This document shows positions 47,746 through 50,588 of a stretch of DNA of 50,588 nt, piece after piece. The stretch lies in assembly GCF_001194135.2 (NCBI RefSeq), contig NC_068988.1, positions 73,048,531-73,099,118 of the forward strand, in the 5' to 3' direction. A program made the translations under genes and the position numbers. The notes below the pieces were generated by a model. The model was not told the origin of the DNA and did no database searches. It saw only the letters and a list, made by a program, of their open reading frames with translations. The first letter of the stretch is position 1; each line of letters opens with the position of its first letter. Origin of the DNA: Octopus bimaculoides (taxonomy: Eukaryota).

Positions 47746-47924
47746 AGAAAGACAAAGAAATTCAATATATCACTCACTATTATTGCACACTTACTAAAAG
47801 GTAACATTCTAAGCTGCACATGCAACTCCTATAGACAATACTATATACTTTAATGGACATTAACAAGCATACTACTAAATCTAAATAAGGAAATTGTGAC
47901 ATTTACAATCTGTATATTAGACTC

Positions 47925-48830
47925 ATCCTGGATGAATTTAGTCTTCCCTTAATTTCTAATATTTCTTTTAGGTTTTGCTTCCACATCTGGAATTTCTTTT
48001 CTAATTATGCTACAGATTTGATTATGAGAACAAAGTCATCTGCATAGAGAAGCTCCAGCCTTAAATTCTTGGTTATGGTGGACTATGATAAATAAGAGGA
48101 GATTAGAGAACAAACCTTGGTGAACTAGCTGCACATTAAATTTGCTGCTGCACTCATTACTAACTTTCATTTTACTGATGGTACTTCTATACATAGCTTG
48201 GTTGGCTCTCAACAGTCATTTGTCTATTCCAAATTTCCACAGTGACCACCAGATGAATGAGTGAGAGACCCCGTGAAAGGCTTTCTCCATGTTGACAAAC
48301 AGCAAGTACAGCACTTTATTTTTGGCTAAATACTTTTGCAGTGGTCTTACTATGAAGAAAGACTAAGTAGTACTTCTCCCTGGCATGAAACCAAATTGTA
48401 TCTTATCTAGGTTAACTCAATTCTAATTAGTTCAGCTATAACTCTTTCAGTAACTTTCATGACCTGCTTCTTTTTAAGGCATCTCCTTTATGCTTGTAAC
48501 AGTCAACTCTAATGCTGCAATGCCAGTTGTATGATACTTCCCTGTATAACCTGATTAACTATACAGGTGACTAGGCCTTATCCACAACACCTTATACCTC
48601 TGATCCTCACACTGCAGAACACTGGTAAATCTCTTCAATTCTGCTTCTCTTTTAGCCATCTGGTATATTTCTTTGCTACCCCTATTCTTCCAATCTTTTC
48701 AAATCTACTTCTTCGCTTTTATGTCTTTGTCAACTTCACTGTTCCACCACTATGTCTGGCTAGAACTTTGCACCAGCCACAGATTTGGTCCACTGACCTT
48801 TATAAGTTGTCCTAAAGGAACTTCCAGTTC
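47925..48830 (-). mobile_element. Degenerate RTE RT core fragment
   Basis: QFGFMPGRSTT, KYLAKNKVLYLLFVNMEKAF, and ELLYADDFVL (YADD at 48035-48046). Confidence 0.8.
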
Positions 48831-49065
48831 TTCTGTACATTTATCATCATCATCATCATTATCATTTAACATCCATTTCTCCTCCTTTTTCATCAAATGC
48901 TTCATCTAGTACTTCCCTAAATTTCTGACTGTTCACTGAATGTATAAGCTACTTCCTAACCTGTCTTGTAAAGGCATATGTAGTCTACAAAAGGCATGGA
49001 GTAATCCTTTAGTTGACATTAAAACGAATATTAATATATATGTGTGTAATATATATAAATATAAA

Positions 49066-49277
49066 GATGGTGAGCTGACAGAATCATTAGCATGTTGGGA
49101 AAAAAGCTTAGTGGCATTTTGTCTGTCTTTATATTTTAAGTTCAAATCATGCTGAGGTCGATTTTGCCTTTCGTCCTTTCAGGGTCATTAAAATAAATAA
49201 CTGTTAAGCACTGGAGTTGATGTAAAGGGCTTACCCCTTTCCCTAAACTTGTTGACCTTGTGCCAAAATTTGAAAAT
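49066..49277 (+). mobile_element. tRNA-derived SINE family C
   Basis: Homologous to 25294-25516 along its full length. Confidence 0.75.
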
Positions 49278-49298
49278 GAATATATAAATATATATATA

Positions 49299-50051
49299 TG
49301 TAAGGAACGACCGTGTGAACTCAAAAAGGAGAAATGGTGACGAATGGAAAAACAGAGGACTCCTTTTATTTAAACGTGTCACACGGTCGAACACAAAATA
49401 TATATCAAAGATGATATGCATGATATGTTATGCGACGATAACATAGATGACCAGTAATGAAAGACCACAACCGTATTAGATGAATAACAGAGATATTTAT
49501 TGTAGCGTTAAAGATGTATGTCTGTGTGAGAGTGTGAATGCGACATATAATAACATAATCAAAGACAGGCCATCATACAAAGAAAAGTGTGTATGTGAGT
49601 GATACATGTATGTGTATGTGAGTTATTACAGCAAATAGAAAGAGTCAATAACACGTGAGCAATTATACCAGTTCTTTAGTACACTATAGGAAAAGTTCTG
49701 TATGTGAAGTTGGGGAGGCTGAGTGTGGCAGAGCTGATCACTAGTTGTGATGTCGTGGCATCGATGCCGGGCCATGATTCTTGTTATACAGATGTTCGTC
49801 GCTGGCTGAGAACTCTTGTCTGTTTATTTATCGTGGTGAAGCTGAGTCACCTCACAGAATCGAAGAGAGAGATGTGCAGCGGAGGTTTGGTTTGGTGTAC
49901 ATAGTAAGTCGTATATACACAAATTGTTGTATTTATATCAGGACACTGATGAGGTGCAGTGCATGATTGCATAATGTTTCAACATTGTTATATAATTACT
50001 TTTGTATTTTACTGAAATGCATGTATGTCTTATAAAGTTTTGAATACTACA
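49299..50051 (+). repeat. Possible solo LTR or other young repeat
   Basis: TGTA...TACA termini, higher CpG content than the flanks, internal hairpin at 49308-49389; no matching TSD. Confidence 0.3.
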
Positions 50052-50227
50052 CCTACTATCTGCTTATTATTTTTGTCTATTATTTGGTTTATGCTCTGCA
50101 TTCTAGTCTATACTGGGTCTAGTGCCTTGTGTTACTATACTGGACACTGGAGAGGATTGTGGAGCCAGGTCTAATTGTCATTGTGTGCTACACTTTACTG
50201 TGGCCTTTAAGATTATATATAGACGCT

Positions 50228-50573
50228 GGAGTGGCTGCGTGTTAAGTAGCTTGGTTACCAACCACATAGTCCCAGATTCAGTGCCACTGCATGGCACCTT
50301 GGGCAAGTGTCTTCTACTATAGCCTTGGGCAGACCAAAGCCTTGTGAGTGGGATTTGGCAAACAGAAACTGAAAGAAGCCTGTCGTGTGTGTGTGTGTGT
50401 GTGTATTTATGTGTCTATGTTTATCCCCCGTAACTTAGTGGTGAGGCAAAAGAGACCAATAGAATAAGTACTAGGCTTACAAAGAATAAGTTCTGGGGTT
50501 GATTTGCTCAACTGAAGGCAGTGCTCCAGCATGGCGACAGTCAAATGACCGAAACAAATAAAAGAAAAAAGAA
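50228..50573 (+). mobile_element. tRNA-derived SINE family B
   Basis: Same head, body and tail as 46148 and 47374, with an internal (GT)n. Confidence 0.85.
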
Positions 50574-50588
50574 TATATATATATATAT

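Overview
Eukaryotic, AT-rich, transposon-dense genomic DNA. The repeat landscape resembles an octopus/coleoid cephalopod; this is inference from recalled repeat families and was not verified. The host gene is frataxin (FXN) on the minus strand and is invisible in the ORF track. Three core exons are clear: 41031-40911, 25740-25646 and 18627-18489. A probable upstream exon lies at 46688-46609, and exon 1 was not found. Intron phases match vertebrate FXN. The rest is mostly decayed mobile DNA: two CsRn1-type Ty3/Gypsy LTR elements (472-4776 +, with a CCCC TSD; 33842-39888 -, inside an FXN intron), a Mag-type Gypsy fragment, about 10 RTE LINE pieces, CR1/L2-like and R4/Dong-like fragments, two mariners, MITEs, Helitrons, tRNA-derived SINEs and microsatellites. 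The most unusual observations are a C4HC3 PHD finger inserted within the RT domain of the RTE family (traces in 4 copies), a 66-bp VNTR with higher-order structure in that family's 3' UTR, a near-intact minimal type-I hammerhead ribozyme, a 91-bp Helitron and a 74-bp loopless palindrome. All calls come from reading the sequence by eye; no database searches were run.
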